This document shows positions 43,440 through 54,228 of a stretch of DNA of 64,000 nt, piece after piece. The position numbers and the translations under genes were made by a program. The stretch is from Verrucomicrobiota bacterium (GTDB taxonomy: Bacteria > Verrucomicrobiota > Verrucomicrobiia > Limisphaerales > JAXMHQ01). The first letter of the stretch is position 1. Each line of letters opens with the position of its first letter. The stretch covers positions 55,147 to 119,146 of the forward strand of contig JAXMHQ010000011.1 of assembly GCA_046346665.1 (NCBI GenBank). Direction: 5' to 3'. The notes under the pieces are model-generated. The model saw nothing but the letters and a program-made list of their open reading frames with translations, searched no databases and was not told the DNA's origin.

Positions 43440-45461
43440 TCACTGAATGTCCGGCAACGCCTGTCCGTAAGTCTTCACGGGGCCGATGCGGGGCGGTTTC
43501 ACCGGGCCGGCCACGCCGTAGAGTATGGTCAGCCCTGAGCCGCCGCCCCAGGTTGAAACGGCGAATGGCGGTTTCTCCTCCGCCGCACCTGCCAGCGAGT
43601 TCCAGTTGTTTGCGACCCAGACATTGCCGGCCGGATCAATCGCAGCATCCGTAATCATCTGAATGCTGCCGCCGGTAAACTGGTGGAGAAGGTCGCCGGG
43701 TTTTGTGCCGGCCGGGTGGCCTTTCGTTTCGTCGCCGGCCAGAACCACCACCGAGCGGTTCTTGATCATGCCCACCCAGACGTCGCCGTTCCCGTCAATA
43801 TTCAAACCCCAGGCGCCGTCAATGGCCCCGCCGCCATCGAAGTTCGACTGTGTGCCATCGGGACGAATCAGGGTGACGATGCCGGTGGGTTTGGGATAGT
43901 TGAAGGCGGCGTGCGCCAGAATTTGGAATTGCTCCATGATGCTTGCGCCGACCGGCATTTTCGGCACGGGGAAATCCGGGGACAAATTACTGGCCACCCA
44001 CAGGTTTCCCTTCTTGTCGATGTCCATGGCGCGGACGCTGATTCCGACATGAAACGTCTCGACTTTCGTCGGATCGCCGGCGGGGAATCTCAGCACGGTG
44101 TCCGCCTGCGAGTTGCTCACCCAGACACGATTCTGCGGGTCAATGATGACGTCGAAAGGAGAGGCCAGGCCCTCGACATTGACGATTTTTCCGTCTTTGA
44201 TCCGTCCGCCGGGGAAGTAGAGCATCCGATTGTCCGAACCGTCGCAGACCCAGACATCGCCGTTCGGCGCGACGCCGACGCCCATCAAGCCAAACATTTT
44301 CTCCTTGAACGGGAAATCGTGCTCCGTTCCAACCGGCCGCCCGTCCAGGTCCATCACCAGGATCTTGCCGTTGAAACCCGAAGCCCAAACCCGGTCCATC
44401 GCCACGGCGGTGCCCCAGCCCACGCCGTCCAGGCCCATGCCCCGGAAACCGGTGATGGGCGGCGAGAGGGGAGTGCCGTTGGGCGACATCTTGAGCACGC
44501 CACCGCCGATGTTACGAATGACTCCGGACTGCGAACCCGGCATCCAGTTCTGGCCGCACCAGAGATTCCCGTCTTTGTCGAACATCAATCGTCCGTTGGC
44601 ATACATGCCGCCGCCGGCAAAACACAGGCTCAACGCGAAATCCGGCGGCTCCAAACTGAGGTAAGGCAGGAAGGGCGCTGGCCGGTTCCCGCCCTCTTTG
44701 GGTTCGGGATAGGCTTCGTTGAACAGCGCAAACAATTCTTTCGGATGAGCCCACGGTTGACGAGCGATGCCGGCCATCGCTTCGATAGTGTTGCCCGGCG
44801 TCGCCCCGCCGGCCGGCGTGGCCGCGCTGAAAAGGCGCGCGCGCCAGTTGTCGTCGCCGACCGTGGCGCAGGCGGTGATGAGCGAACCCAGCATGTCCAG
44901 GGTCGCCAGAGTCGCGGTCTGAGTGCTGTTCAGCGGGTCCAGCAATGTCTTGCCCCACTTGCCCGTGGCCGGGTCCACCAGGTTCGGAGCGTTGCCGGCG
45001 GCGATACGCAGGCCCAGCGGATTGCCGGAGATCGCATCTCCGTTGATGAACTGCGCGGCCGTGTAAGCTGACGCCACCGTTGTCAGTTCATTGACCGTGA
45101 TCGTTCCCGGCGGGGTCGGCCCGAGCACCGACAGCAATTTCACGGAGTCATTCGGCCCCGAAGCAACCACGTAAAGCACGCTGTCGCCGGGCGCATGGCT
45201 GGTGTCCAATCGAAACTCGCCTTTGTCGTCCGTCTTCGCTTCGGCCACGGTCGTGGGCGTCCCGGCGCCTGCCGCGCGGAGCGTCACGGTCGAGCCGGCG
45301 ATGGGTTTGCCGGCCAGCTGAACGGTCCCGGCCAGTTGCCCGTCGGAAGCGGCAGTTTGCGCCTGGCGGGCGGGTTGTGTCATCGAGCAACCGGTGATCA
45401 GGCCTAAACCCGCCGCCGCAGCCAGCAGTACATTGCCCGGTTTGAATTTTCTGAAGTTCAT
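43440..45461 (-). CDS. Lipoprotein with carboxypeptidase-regulatory-like domain and NHL-type beta-propeller
   Basis: Lipobox LITGC. GTVQLAGKPIAGSTVTLRAAG...DDKGEFRL. Repeated D-x-x-G-N-[LV]-W-V blades (DKDGNLWCG, APNGDVWVCD, DPQNRVWVSN, DKKGNLWVAS, DGNGDVWVG, DPAGNVWVAN). Confidence 0.7.
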   Translation of the reverse strand: MNFRKFKPGNVLLAAAAGLGLITGCSMTQPARQAQTAASDGQLAGTVQLAGKPIAGSTVTLRAAGAGTPTTVAEAKTDDKGEFRLDTSHAPGDSVLYVVASGPNDSVKLLSVLGPTPPGTITVNELTTVASAYTAAQFINGDAISGNPLGLRIAAGNAPNLVDPATGKWGKTLLDPLNSTQTATLATLDMLGSLITACATVGDDNWRARLFSAATPAGGATPGNTIEAMAGIARQPWAHPKELFALFNEAYPEPKEGGNRPAPFLPYLSLEPPDFALSLCFAGGGMYANGRLMFDKDGNLWCGQNWMPGSQSGVIRNIGGGVLKMSPNGTPLSPPITGFRGMGLDGVGWGTAVAMDRVWASGFNGKILVMDLDGRPVGTEHDFPFKEKMFGLMGVGVAPNGDVWVCDGSDNRMLYFPGGRIKDGKIVNVEGLASPFDVIIDPQNRVWVSNSQADTVLRFPAGDPTKVETFHVGISVRAMDIDKKGNLWVASNLSPDFPVPKMPVGASIMEQFQILAHAAFNYPKPTGIVTLIRPDGTQSNFDGGGAIDGAWGLNIDGNGDVWVGMIKNRSVVVLAGDETKGHPAGTKPGDLLHQFTGGSIQMITDAAIDPAGNVWVANNWNSLAGAAEEKPPFAVSTWGGGSGLTILYGVAGPVKPPRIGPVKTYGQALPDIQ

Positions 45462-45555
45462 AATACGATCAGCCGCAGGGAGTGCTGCGGAATTGAGTGA
45501 TCTCCCGCGGGGAGCCTCATCGTGGGTTTCATAGGAACGTCGTTTCCAGGCAGGC

Positions 45556-47277
45556 CTACTGGCCTTCGTGCTGCCTGATCATGGCTTCGACTTTCCTTTT
45601 GACTTCATCGAGATTGAACGAGGCCGGATCCTGCATCGGCGGGAACTCGACGGCGGTCATGGCGAGCTGGCCCACGTATTTCTGGACCATGACGAAACGC
45701 CAGAATTCCCGGGCGAAGAAATCGTTCCCGTAACCGAAGGCCGAGTTGTTCGAGCTTTCGCCCCGGATCGAAGGCGTGCGTTCGAAGGGATCCTGCCGCA
45801 GGTTCACGATGGTCGGCATGTCCGTGGTGACCTTTTCACCCGGCCAGCCCCAGGGCTGCTGGAAAAACTGGTATTTGAAATCGTCAATGCGGAGAGCTCC
45901 GAGGCTCGGTCCGCCGAAATAAAACAGTTCGTGGCGTTTCGAAGGCCCGTTGCCCGTGATCAAATCCATCTGGTCATAACCGTCCAGGTGGTTCTTGTAG
46001 GTGCGCCCGGCGAGTTCGACTCCCTTGAGCAGTTGCTCGGTGATGTTGGGGTTGCCGGCGGCGTTGCAGAGGGTCGGGAACCAGTCGAGCCCCGAGAAGA
46101 TGCCGTTTTCCACTTTGCCGGCGGGGACGTGTCCCGGCCAGCGAATGATGCAGGGCACCCGGAAGCCGCCTTCGTACACGGTTCCCTTGGTCGCGCGGAA
46201 GGGCGTCATGCCGCCGTCCGGCCACGTGAACACCTCGGCGCCGTTGTCGGTCGTGAAAATGACGATGGTGTTGTCCGCCTCGCCGATGTCCTCCAGATGT
46301 TTCAGGAGCGCTCCGATCGAATCATCCATCTGCGCGAGGCCCGCTTCCTCCACGTTGTAGTTGCTTTCCGGGTTCATCATCTTCTGGTATTTGGGAGGTA
46401 GATAGGTGAACACGTGCATGCGGGTGGTGTTGTGCCAGACGAAGAACGGTTTGCCGTCCTTCTTGGCCTTGTCCATGAAGTTGCACGAATTGGTCACGAG
46501 CACTTCGTCGAAGGTTTCCATGTCGTACTTGGCCGCCAGTCCCTCCTGCCAGTTCTGCATGTTCTTCATGTTCGGAAAGGGCGCCAGCGGGCCCTCATCC
46601 ACAATCCTCTGCTTTCCAATCTTTCCCCAGCGCGGCTGTTCCGTCGGGTCATCCGTGTCCGCCGCCCAGCAATGCACCAGGTGGCGCGGGCCGGTCTTGT
46701 CCAGCCAGTCCTGCGGATAATCGAACCAGTAAGGATCCGACATGGCGTCGAGGTGATAGAGGTAACCGAAGAACTCGTCGAATCCGTGGACGGTGGGAAG
46801 GAATTTGTTCAGGTCGCCGAGGTGATTTTTGCCGAACTGGCCCGTGGCGTAGCCTTGCGCCTTGAGGGCGGTGGCGAGGGTACAGGCCTGTGCGGGCAAA
46901 CCCACGTCGGCCCCGGCCTGGCCCACCGTGGTGAGCCCGGTGCGCAGGGGGATTTCGCCCGTGATGAAATTCGCGCGGCCCGCGGTGCAGCTCGCTTCGG
47001 CGTAATAATCGGTGAAGCGCATTCCCTGGCTGGCCAGCCTGTCGAGGTTCGGGGTCCGGCCCGACAGGATGCCCTGGTGATAACAGCTCAGGTTGAACCA
47101 GCCGACGTCGTCGCCCATGATGACGAGGATGTTTGGTTTTTTGCCGGGGGAAGAGGCTGTGGCCGAGGTTTGGTTTTGCGCGCTGCCGGTCTGTGCGCTT
47201 TGGCAGGAGGAACAGAGCAGGGCGCCGAGCGCGGTCGTGGCGGCGGTCGCGAGGAAATTCCACGAATGACGTTTCAT
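45556..47277 (-). CDS. Arylsulfatase (formylglycine-dependent, Cys-type)
   Basis: ATG 47277 (MKRHSWNFLATAATTALGALLCSSC). PNILVIMGDDVGW. Sulfatase signature SCTAGRANFITG (C-x-A-x-R). Confidence 0.9.
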   Translation of the reverse strand: MKRHSWNFLATAATTALGALLCSSCQSAQTGSAQNQTSATASSPGKKPNILVIMGDDVGWFNLSCYHQGILSGRTPNLDRLASQGMRFTDYYAEASCTAGRANFITGEIPLRTGLTTVGQAGADVGLPAQACTLATALKAQGYATGQFGKNHLGDLNKFLPTVHGFDEFFGYLYHLDAMSDPYWFDYPQDWLDKTGPRHLVHCWAADTDDPTEQPRWGKIGKQRIVDEGPLAPFPNMKNMQNWQEGLAAKYDMETFDEVLVTNSCNFMDKAKKDGKPFFVWHNTTRMHVFTYLPPKYQKMMNPESNYNVEEAGLAQMDDSIGALLKHLEDIGEADNTIVIFTTDNGAEVFTWPDGGMTPFRATKGTVYEGGFRVPCIIRWPGHVPAGKVENGIFSGLDWFPTLCNAAGNPNITEQLLKGVELAGRTYKNHLDGYDQMDLITGNGPSKRHELFYFGGPSLGALRIDDFKYQFFQQPWGWPGEKVTTDMPTIVNLRQDPFERTPSIRGESSNNSAFGYGNDFFAREFWRFVMVQKYVGQLAMTAVEFPPMQDPASFNLDEVKRKVEAMIRQHEGQ

Positions 47278-47615
47278 AGCAGGACACCTTTCATGCGTAT
47301 TGGTTGTTAGCCGACCCGAACGGTTGCCCGGCGACATCCCAACGAACGTCGTCCTTTCCTGTCGAATCAACGTTCCACCCTCAACTCGCCGCGGGCGCAA
47401 AGAAGACAGCGCCGCGACGAAGCGACATGAACAGTGGAGACAAAAGAGTTTTATTACGAACCGCCGATCTTGTCAATTGAGCAGATTATATTTCACATAA
47501 GATAAACTGTCGATTATGGGGGCGTGTTGGATTGGGGTTGTCCGGGCACTTGTTGCTGTCCGTGGTGCAGCAACCGTTCCTTGCGGGGTCCGGCGGTTTG
47601 TGGCTCACTTGCGGC

Positions 47616-47837
47616 ATGAAGAAGAATCTTCGGATGCTGCTGTTGTTGCTTTGCCTCGCGCTGTTCTCGGGCGGTTGCGTGGCGTCGGTGGGCAGCGGGC
47701 CCAAGACGCAAACCACTTATCCGACGATGGGCCAGCAATTAATCGACCTTCAGCGCGCCCGGGATCACGGGGCCATTACGCCGGCCGAATACGATGCGGC
47801 GAAGAACCGCATTTTGAATTCGCCCTGGCCGCAGTAG
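47616..47837 (+). CDS. Small lipoprotein with SHOCT-like C-terminal domain
   Basis: MKKNLRMLLLLLCLALFSGGC lipobox. C-terminal LIDLQRARDHGAITPAEYDAAKNRIL fits the SHOCT pattern. Confidence 0.55.
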   Translation: MKKNLRMLLLLLCLALFSGGCVASVGSGPKTQTTYPTMGQQLIDLQRARDHGAITPAEYDAAKNRILNSPWPQ

Positions 47838-48265
47838 CGGAGAGGGCGGGGGAACTGGATGCGAAGCGGTTCAATCCGCTGCGTGGACCAAGCTGGCCGA
47901 TGTCCCTGCGCCGGCCCCGAACCAGTTGGTGCAGGTCAACGACAGCCGGGGCGCGACGCAGACGCGGTTCTACGGGCTTGTGACACCGGCGACGCAATGA
48001 TCGCCGGTGCCGGCAGCCGCGCTTCTCCGCGCGACTGCCGGCTTTGAGCAGCCCGGCCGTCTGCGGTGGGGTTTCCGCTCAAGTCCGGTTATGCGCCGCC
48101 GATGAATTGAGTTGGTCCCCCGGCGACGGCGGGGGACGGGCATGGTTATGGGTGAAATTAAGGGCAGTCGTCAGCAATCATCAGGTCTTCTCCTCGATTC
48201 GTCGAATTCGACAGTCCCGCTCGCTGTTTTCCCGGGCCGATCCCGCTGTTGGAAGGAGTCAATTC

Positions 48266-49180
48266 ATGAAACGACTTAAATCCAGACACGGCGACACCGC
48301 GGTCGCGGAACGGCCCGTCGCGGCCGCGCCCGATGAAAATGCGAAGCTCGCGGCCTACGTCAAATCGGTCCGGCACCTGCCGCCCGCCCCGCAACTCATC
48401 GGCGAGCTGCTTCCGTTGTTCAATCAGCCGGACCGCGACGTGGACCGCATCGTGAAGCTGTTGTATCACGATCCGGCGATGACGGCCGAGGTCTTGAAGA
48501 CCTGCAACAATTCCGCGTTCAGCGGCGGCGAAAAGTGCACGGACATGTTCGAGGCGGTCATGAGGCTGGGATTGTACGAGGTATTCCGAATCGTGATCGC
48601 GGTGTCGGGATCGCACATGATCTCGAAATCAAATGCGGCGGCGGGGTTGAACGTGTTGAAGATGTGGCGGCATTCGGTGGTGTGCGCTGTCGCCGCCTCG
48701 ACCATTGCCGCCCGGGTGCACCAGCCCGAGGCCTCGGCGTTCACGGCCGGGCTGCTTCACGACGTGGGCCGCCTGGTGTTCGCTTCCGCCGAAGGTATCG
48801 AATACAGCCGGCTGCTGGCCCGGGCGGGGAAGGACCGGCTGGACGTCGTCGAGCTGGAGCGGACGGTTTATGGATTTGACCACGCTGAGATGGGTGCGCA
48901 CCTGCTGCGGCGGTGGCATTTACCCGAGGGAATCGTCGGCGGCGTCCGGTTTCATCATCATCCGGCCGATGCCGGCGATCACCTGATCCTGGCCGCCGTG
49001 CTGCACCTCGCCAACGTGTTTTCGCATTCCATCGACGATTTCTTCGCCGATCCGAAAGTGACGCTGGGCAACGGGACGGAATCGAGCTGGCTGCTGCGGC
49101 TGCGACCGGCGGAACTGCCGGCGCTGCTGGCCGCGACGCGGAAGGGTTTGGACGACGCGAAGGACCTGCTGGTGCTCTGA
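48266..49180 (+). CDS. HDOD domain-containing signalling protein
   Basis: ATG 48266 preceded by GGAAGGAG. LPPAPQLIGELLPLFNQPDRDVDRIVKLLYHDPAMTAEVLKTCNNSAF, GLLHDVGRLVF, FDHAEMGAHLLRRWHLP. Confidence 0.8.
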   Translation: MKRLKSRHGDTAVAERPVAAAPDENAKLAAYVKSVRHLPPAPQLIGELLPLFNQPDRDVDRIVKLLYHDPAMTAEVLKTCNNSAFSGGEKCTDMFEAVMRLGLYEVFRIVIAVSGSHMISKSNAAAGLNVLKMWRHSVVCAVAASTIAARVHQPEASAFTAGLLHDVGRLVFASAEGIEYSRLLARAGKDRLDVVELERTVYGFDHAEMGAHLLRRWHLPEGIVGGVRFHHHPADAGDHLILAAVLHLANVFSHSIDDFFADPKVTLGNGTESSWLLRLRPAELPALLAATRKGLDDAKDLLVL

Positions 49181-49714
49181 TCAATAAACGATCAGCGAGC
49201 GCACCGGGAATCCCTGCAGCTTGCCGCGGCCGTTGAGGAATTTCAGTTCGATCAGGAACGACGCTTCGACGATGGTGGCGCCGAGTTTCTGGACCAGGGC
49301 GGCGGCAGCCGCGGCCGTCCCGCCCGTGGCCAGCAAATCGTCCACCAGAAGCACCCGGCTGCCGGGCTTCAGTGCGTCCTCATGGATCGCCACCGTCGCG
49401 GTGCCGTATTCAAGCGCGTATTCCTTCTCGATCGTGCGGTAGGGAAGCTTGCCTTTCTTACGGACCGGGATGAAGCCCGCGCGCAGCCGCGCCGCGGCGG
49501 CCGCGCCGAAAATGAACCCGCGCGCGTCGATCCCCACCACCGCGTCCACCGAGCCCGGCTGGTAATCGGCCGTCAACAGTTCAATTGCTCCGGAAAACAA
49601 CCGCGCATCCGCCAGAACCGGCGTGATGTCCTTGAATTGAATGCCCGGCGTGGGGAAATCCGGGATGTTCCGAATCGCGCGCTCGATGTCCGCAGCCTGA
49701 ATGGTGGTGTTCAT
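49181..49714 (-). CDS. apt: Adenine phosphoribosyltransferase
   Basis: ATG 49714. [25 protein letters not shown] motif [14 protein letters not shown]. Confidence 0.9.
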   Translation of the reverse strand: MNTTIQAADIERAIRNIPDFPTPGIQFKDITPVLADARLFSGAIELLTADYQPGSVDAVVGIDARGFIFGAAAAARLRAGFIPVRKKGKLPYRTIEKEYALEYGTATVAIHEDALKPGSRVLLVDDLLATGGTAAAAAALVQKLGATIVEASFLIELKFLNGRGKLQGFPVRSLIVY

Positions 49715-49874
49715 GGTCCGGGCGGGTTGTACCGCGGAATGCGATTCCGCGCAAGCGTGCGTTGGATGGAGCCGGCACGATTCCGGATCAATTGCCACAG
49801 AGACACAGAGGCCAAAGAGCGGAGACTCCCGGATTCTTCTCTGAGATCTCTGTGCCTCTGTGGCCGGTTGAGTT

Positions 49875-52800
49875 TTACTCCCCCGGAAACAGCATGTCGA
49901 ACGTGGCGTTGGCGAGCGCCACCTCCGCCTGGGCCCAGAAACGGTGATAACGGTATTCGGGCGATTGGAAGTCGCCGGATTTGCCGCCCGCCACCCAGGC
50001 GCTATAGGCGTTGGTCAACGCCGGGAACGCCGGGTCCTGCAGGTATTTTGATCGCAACCCGAGGAAGGTCACGTTGTTTGTGATGGTATCTCCGTTCGGC
50101 ATATGGCCGATCCAGCCCGGTGGCGTGTAGACGGTCTGCTCGAAAAACCGGGTGTAATCCTGCCGGTGCTCCGGGGCGGACACGCCCAGGGCGTCGCGGT
50201 TAAGCATCCAGAGCCGGTCGAGCAGGGCTTGGGCGGCGGCCTTGGAGGCGGTGTCCTGGACGGCCCAGCGTTTGGTGCCGGCGCTGTAGTACAACAAGGT
50301 GCGCGCCAGCGAAGCCGTGATGCCGAGGTCCTGTCCCCAGTTGCTGATGGTGACGTGCAGGCCCGTGTTCGCGCCCGGCGCGGACGGATTCCACGCATCC
50401 GGCTGGCCGCTCCAGGCCAGGTCGCCCGGGATGGCGAACGAACCATCATCCGGTAATTGTATGTTAGGCAGCACCCAGGCGACCCATTTGTCGAGGACCT
50501 GTTTCGCGAGGGGATCATTGGACAGGTAATAATATTCGGCGACGCGTTCCATGGACCATGTCTGCATGCCGAACCAGCGCGTGCTGGGCGGATCCTCGTA
50601 GACGGGGGATTCCAGGTAGGCCATGCCGTAGAAGGTGCTGGTGCCGGCGGGGGGCGTTTCGTAGCGGCCGTTCCAACTGCTGGTCGCGCCGCCCGCGATG
50701 GCGCCTTCGTCCGATTGCAGCCAGCGGTAGAATTCCAACTGGCGCCGCAGGCTGTTGGTCCAGTCCTGGCGGGCGGTGGGCGAGGCGGGGATGAATCCCG
50801 GCGCGTTGCCGAGGGCCCAGGCGGCCATGGGATTCTGGTAGCCAAAATGGCTGTGGCTGCAGCCGATCCGCCAGGACCATCCGCCGGCATTGTTGGTGGA
50901 ACCGCCCCAGGCGTAATACCACGAGATCAGATAATGACACGCCTGCCGGCCCGAGCCTGCCTGCGACGAATTGGTGACATTCCGAAAGTATTTGTCGAAA
51001 AGCGAATACCGCAGGCAATCGCCCATGCGCGAGGCCTTCGCCGCCAGACCGTTCACCACGCTCGATCCGCCCTGCGCATCCGCCCAGCTCTTGGCCCAGT
51101 AAATCGCCTGGATCGCCCGCGCGTCCGCGTCGGGCGCCGTCGTGTATTTCCATTGGCGCGTGTAAGTCGAGTCGCCGGTGAACAGGTCGAGATACCCGTT
51201 CGGTCCGCCCCAGCGGAACACATCCCAGCAAGGCTGCGGGATAGTTTCCCACACCGACTCCTGTTTGCCGCGCTGGAACGTGTTGATGAACGACGGGCGC
51301 GTCGTGCCGTCGCCGCGCTGGCCGAACCCGTACCAGTTGTCCACATCCATGATCCAGTGCATGCCGTAAAGGTCCGAGGTGCCGTAGGTGGATTTCAATT
51401 CGGCGTAGAGCGGATCGGCGCCGACGGGCGCGGCGGAGTTGATCTGGGCGGGATACAGGCTGGGCAATTCCCATTCGGGCGCATAGGTCGCGGGTTTGGA
51501 TTGCGTGTAATTGTCGTTCGACGGCTGGTCGGCGTGCGTCGGGATCATGTAGGTTTCCATGTTGGTCCACGCGGCCGCCAATCGGCTCCAGTCGCCCGTC
51601 AACCGTCCGTACATGGCCTCGATGAGAAGGTAATACGACCACGCCTCGGAGGTGGTTTCGTGGCCGTAATCGGGCGCCTCGCACAACAACGTTTCCGGCG
51701 AGTGATACGGGATGCCGTTGGTGCTGAAGTAGCCGTTCGCGGGGTTGTGCAGGTCGGCGTAATGCTGGAGGAACCGGGCGGCGTGGGCCAGGGGCGTGAC
51801 GCGCAGGGACAAATAGCGGGACGGAATCCCGGGCGCGGCAACGCTGGCGGTCACCAGGTAGCCGCTCGCGATCTCGGCAATTCCATTCGTGGTCCAGGAG
51901 AGCAAATCGTCGGAAGTCATCACCCGGTACGCGATGTCGGGACGATACCGGGGATAGGTCAACTTGAGCAGCCCGTTTTCCACCCGCTGCGACAGGGGGG
52001 AATTCGAGGCGTCGGCCAGCAGCGGGTTCAAGGCGAGCACATATTCCGACACCGTATTGAACCCGTCGGCGTCGGCATCGTCGCCGTCGCCGACGCCGGC
52101 CGGGACGTTGTTGTTCGCGCGCCAGTCGGGATAAGTGGTGACCACCAGTGTCTGGTAAGGGCGAATGGTTCCGACGGCGGCACTGCGGCTGAAAGTGGCG
52201 TTGGACACGTTGCTGAGCTGAACGTTGAAGAACAACTCCGGTTTGGGGGAGGAGCTGCCGACAACGCTGACCTGGATCACTTGCTGGGTGGTTCCCACGG
52301 CAAAGCTGATGTCGCCCGAGGCGGCAAGGTAATCCTGGCCGGCGACGGCGGTTCCGTCGACCGTGGCGAAATGCACCGTCACGATGTTGGTGGCCGGGTA
52401 GGTGAGGATCACCGGAAAACTCATCGGCGATGTCCCGGAGCCGCCGGCTGTGACCGAGGCGTCGGCGATGGCCAGCGTCACCGGCGGAACATAGCCGGCG
52501 AGAGGGACGCCGTTGATGGTGTAATTGGTGGGCTGCGCGCCGTTGAGACCGCCGGGATTGACCTGCATGTCGAAGTGGAACGAGGTCCCGGGCGGCACGA
52601 TGGTGGGATAATACGACTCGTTGGTCAGGCCGTAATGATTGCCGGTATGCGAGGCGATGCGGAGATTGTTGTAAGGCGTGATGGAACGGTCGAAATCGAA
52701 TCCCAACAGGTTATTCGTGATTGTCGTGGAGCCGGTGTTGGTGATCCAGAGCGTCGCATTCGCGCCTGCGCCCCAGTCGCCGGTGACTTCGAACCGGGTG

Positions 52801-52958
52801 GCCGCGGTGACGGTCTGGGCCCGGCCGGTCGCGCCGATCCACAGCACCATCAGCGGCAGGATCGCCGCGACGGCGCAGCGCGGGGAGCACAGTCGGCGGC
52901 AGGAGAAAACGAATGCATGCATGGGGAGAGTGGGGATGGAAGCGAGTTTGAAGAACAT
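49875..52958 (-). CDS. Glycoside hydrolase family 48 enzyme with N-terminal CBM2-like and Calx-beta domains and an internal FYRL-like domain
   Basis: The catalytic region [62 protein letters not shown] matches the conserved GH48 N-terminal block. CBM2-like: [21 protein letters not shown]...INGVPL. Calx-beta: [28 protein letters not shown]. The start (52958 or 52922) is uncertain. Confidence 0.8.
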   Translation of the reverse strand: MFFKLASIPTLPMHAFVFSCRRLCSPRCAVAAILPLMVLWIGATGRAQTVTAATRFEVTGDWGAGANATLWITNTGSTTITNNLLGFDFDRSITPYNNLRIASHTGNHYGLTNESYYPTIVPPGTSFHFDMQVNPGGLNGAQPTNYTINGVPLAGYVPPVTLAIADASVTAGGSGTSPMSFPVILTYPATNIVTVHFATVDGTAVAGQDYLAASGDISFAVGTTQQVIQVSVVGSSSPKPELFFNVQLSNVSNATFSRSAAVGTIRPYQTLVVTTYPDWRANNNVPAGVGDGDDADADGFNTVSEYVLALNPLLADASNSPLSQRVENGLLKLTYPRYRPDIAYRVMTSDDLLSWTTNGIAEIASGYLVTASVAAPGIPSRYLSLRVTPLAHAARFLQHYADLHNPANGYFSTNGIPYHSPETLLCEAPDYGHETTSEAWSYYLLIEAMYGRLTGDWSRLAAAWTNMETYMIPTHADQPSNDNYTQSKPATYAPEWELPSLYPAQINSAAPVGADPLYAELKSTYGTSDLYGMHWIMDVDNWYGFGQRGDGTTRPSFINTFQRGKQESVWETIPQPCWDVFRWGGPNGYLDLFTGDSTYTRQWKYTTAPDADARAIQAIYWAKSWADAQGGSSVVNGLAAKASRMGDCLRYSLFDKYFRNVTNSSQAGSGRQACHYLISWYYAWGGSTNNAGGWSWRIGCSHSHFGYQNPMAAWALGNAPGFIPASPTARQDWTNSLRRQLEFYRWLQSDEGAIAGGATSSWNGRYETPPAGTSTFYGMAYLESPVYEDPPSTRWFGMQTWSMERVAEYYYLSNDPLAKQVLDKWVAWVLPNIQLPDDGSFAIPGDLAWSGQPDAWNPSAPGANTGLHVTISNWGQDLGITASLARTLLYYSAGTKRWAVQDTASKAAAQALLDRLWMLNRDALGVSAPEHRQDYTRFFEQTVYTPPGWIGHMPNGDTITNNVTFLGLRSKYLQDPAFPALTNAYSAWVAGGKSGDFQSPEYRYHRFWAQAEVALANATFDMLFPGE

Positions 52959-53101
52959 GGTTCGAAACCGCTCGCTCCATTCTGCGCGGTCTCGCGCCGC
53001 GCTGTCCAGACATTATGCGTCCGCAGTTCAGCGGACGCGGAGGGGAGGGCGGGTTCCGAAGAGACGGAAGGGACGCGAAGGACTTAAAGGACGCAAGGAC
53101 G

Positions 53102-54172
53102 TCAAACCTTGGTCGATTCCAGTTTTTCGATCATCTTGCGCAGTTTTCGCAAGGCGATGTTCTGGATCTGGCGGACGCGTTCGCGGGTGACGCCGAAACG
53201 GGCGCCGACTTCCTCGAGGGTTTTCTCGCTGCCGCCGTCCAGGCCGAACCGGTAGCGCAGGATCGTGGCCTCGCGCGGGTCGAGCGTCTTGACCATTTCC
53301 TGCAGCATTTTTGTGACGGTCTTTTCCTCGAGCTGTTCGTAAGGCGTGTCGGCCGCCTCGTCCTCGACCACCTCGGCAAAATTGTTCGAGTCCTCATCCC
53401 CGATGGGCGCGTCGAGGGACGTCGGCCGGACGGCGGCCATGCGCATCTGCGACACGCGCGAGGCGGACATCCCGAGATCCTCGCCCAATTCCTCGTCGGT
53501 CGGTTCGCGCCCGAGTTCCTCCTGCAGGCGCATCGCGGTCCGGCGCATGCGCGAAATCTTGTCGACCAGGTGGACGGGGAGCCGGATGGTCTTGGACTGA
53601 TTGGCGAGGGCGCGTTTGATGGATTGCTTGATCCACCAGGAGCCGTACGTCGAGAGTTTGCCGCCCTTGGAGGGATCGAATCGCTCGACGGCTTTCATAA
53701 GGCCGATGTTGCCTTCGCTGATGAGGTCGAGCAGGGGGAGTCCGATGCCTTCGTAATCGCGCGCGATTTTGACCACGAGCCGGAGGTTGGCTTTGATCAT
53801 CTGTTCGCGGGCTTTTTTGTCGCCCTTTTTGATTTTGGCGGCGAGATCGATTTCCTCCTGCGGGGTGAGGAGTTTCACCTGTCCGATTTCGCGCAGGTAA
53901 AGCTTGATGGCCGTGTCGCCGTCATAACTCGAGCGTTCGCGCTCGGTCGGTGCGAGTTCCTGGACGGTCACGGTGACCGGTTCGGTCGCGGGCTTTTCGG
54001 CGCCATCGAGGGCCGGGACCTGCAGTGCCAGCGGCGCTTCCTGCGCGGCACCCGGCGCGGCTGGTGCCTTCGCGGCGGTCCCGCGTCCGGCGCGGGCGCG
54101 CGAATCCGGGCGTGTGGCGAATGCACGCGTGCGGGAGCGCTGTTGAATTTTAGCGGGCATAGGGATTGCCAT
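53102..54172 (-). CDS. rpoD: RNA polymerase sigma-70 factor (RpoD/SigA type, short N-terminus)
   Basis: YLREIGQVKLLTPQEEIDLA, ANLRLVVKIARDY, DLISEGNIGLMKAVERFD, STYGSWWIKQSI and EEVGARFGVTRERVRQIQNIALRKLR cover regions 1.2-4.2. Confidence 0.9.
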   Translation of the reverse strand: MAIPMPAKIQQRSRTRAFATRPDSRARAGRGTAAKAPAAPGAAQEAPLALQVPALDGAEKPATEPVTVTVQELAPTERERSSYDGDTAIKLYLREIGQVKLLTPQEEIDLAAKIKKGDKKAREQMIKANLRLVVKIARDYEGIGLPLLDLISEGNIGLMKAVERFDPSKGGKLSTYGSWWIKQSIKRALANQSKTIRLPVHLVDKISRMRRTAMRLQEELGREPTDEELGEDLGMSASRVSQMRMAAVRPTSLDAPIGDEDSNNFAEVVEDEAADTPYEQLEEKTVTKMLQEMVKTLDPREATILRYRFGLDGGSEKTLEEVGARFGVTRERVRQIQNIALRKLRKMIEKLESTKV

Positions 54173-54228
54173 AGAGATTCCCGGATTGTTTGTTGGCGTG
54201 CAAGTTAATTTGCCATTCGGGTTCGCGT

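Noticed and set aside
53015-54208. 397-aa plus-strand ORF opposite rpoD
   Set aside because: rpoD on the minus strand has unmistakable sigma-70 regions 1.2-4.2. The plus-strand ORF is a GC-driven artefact.
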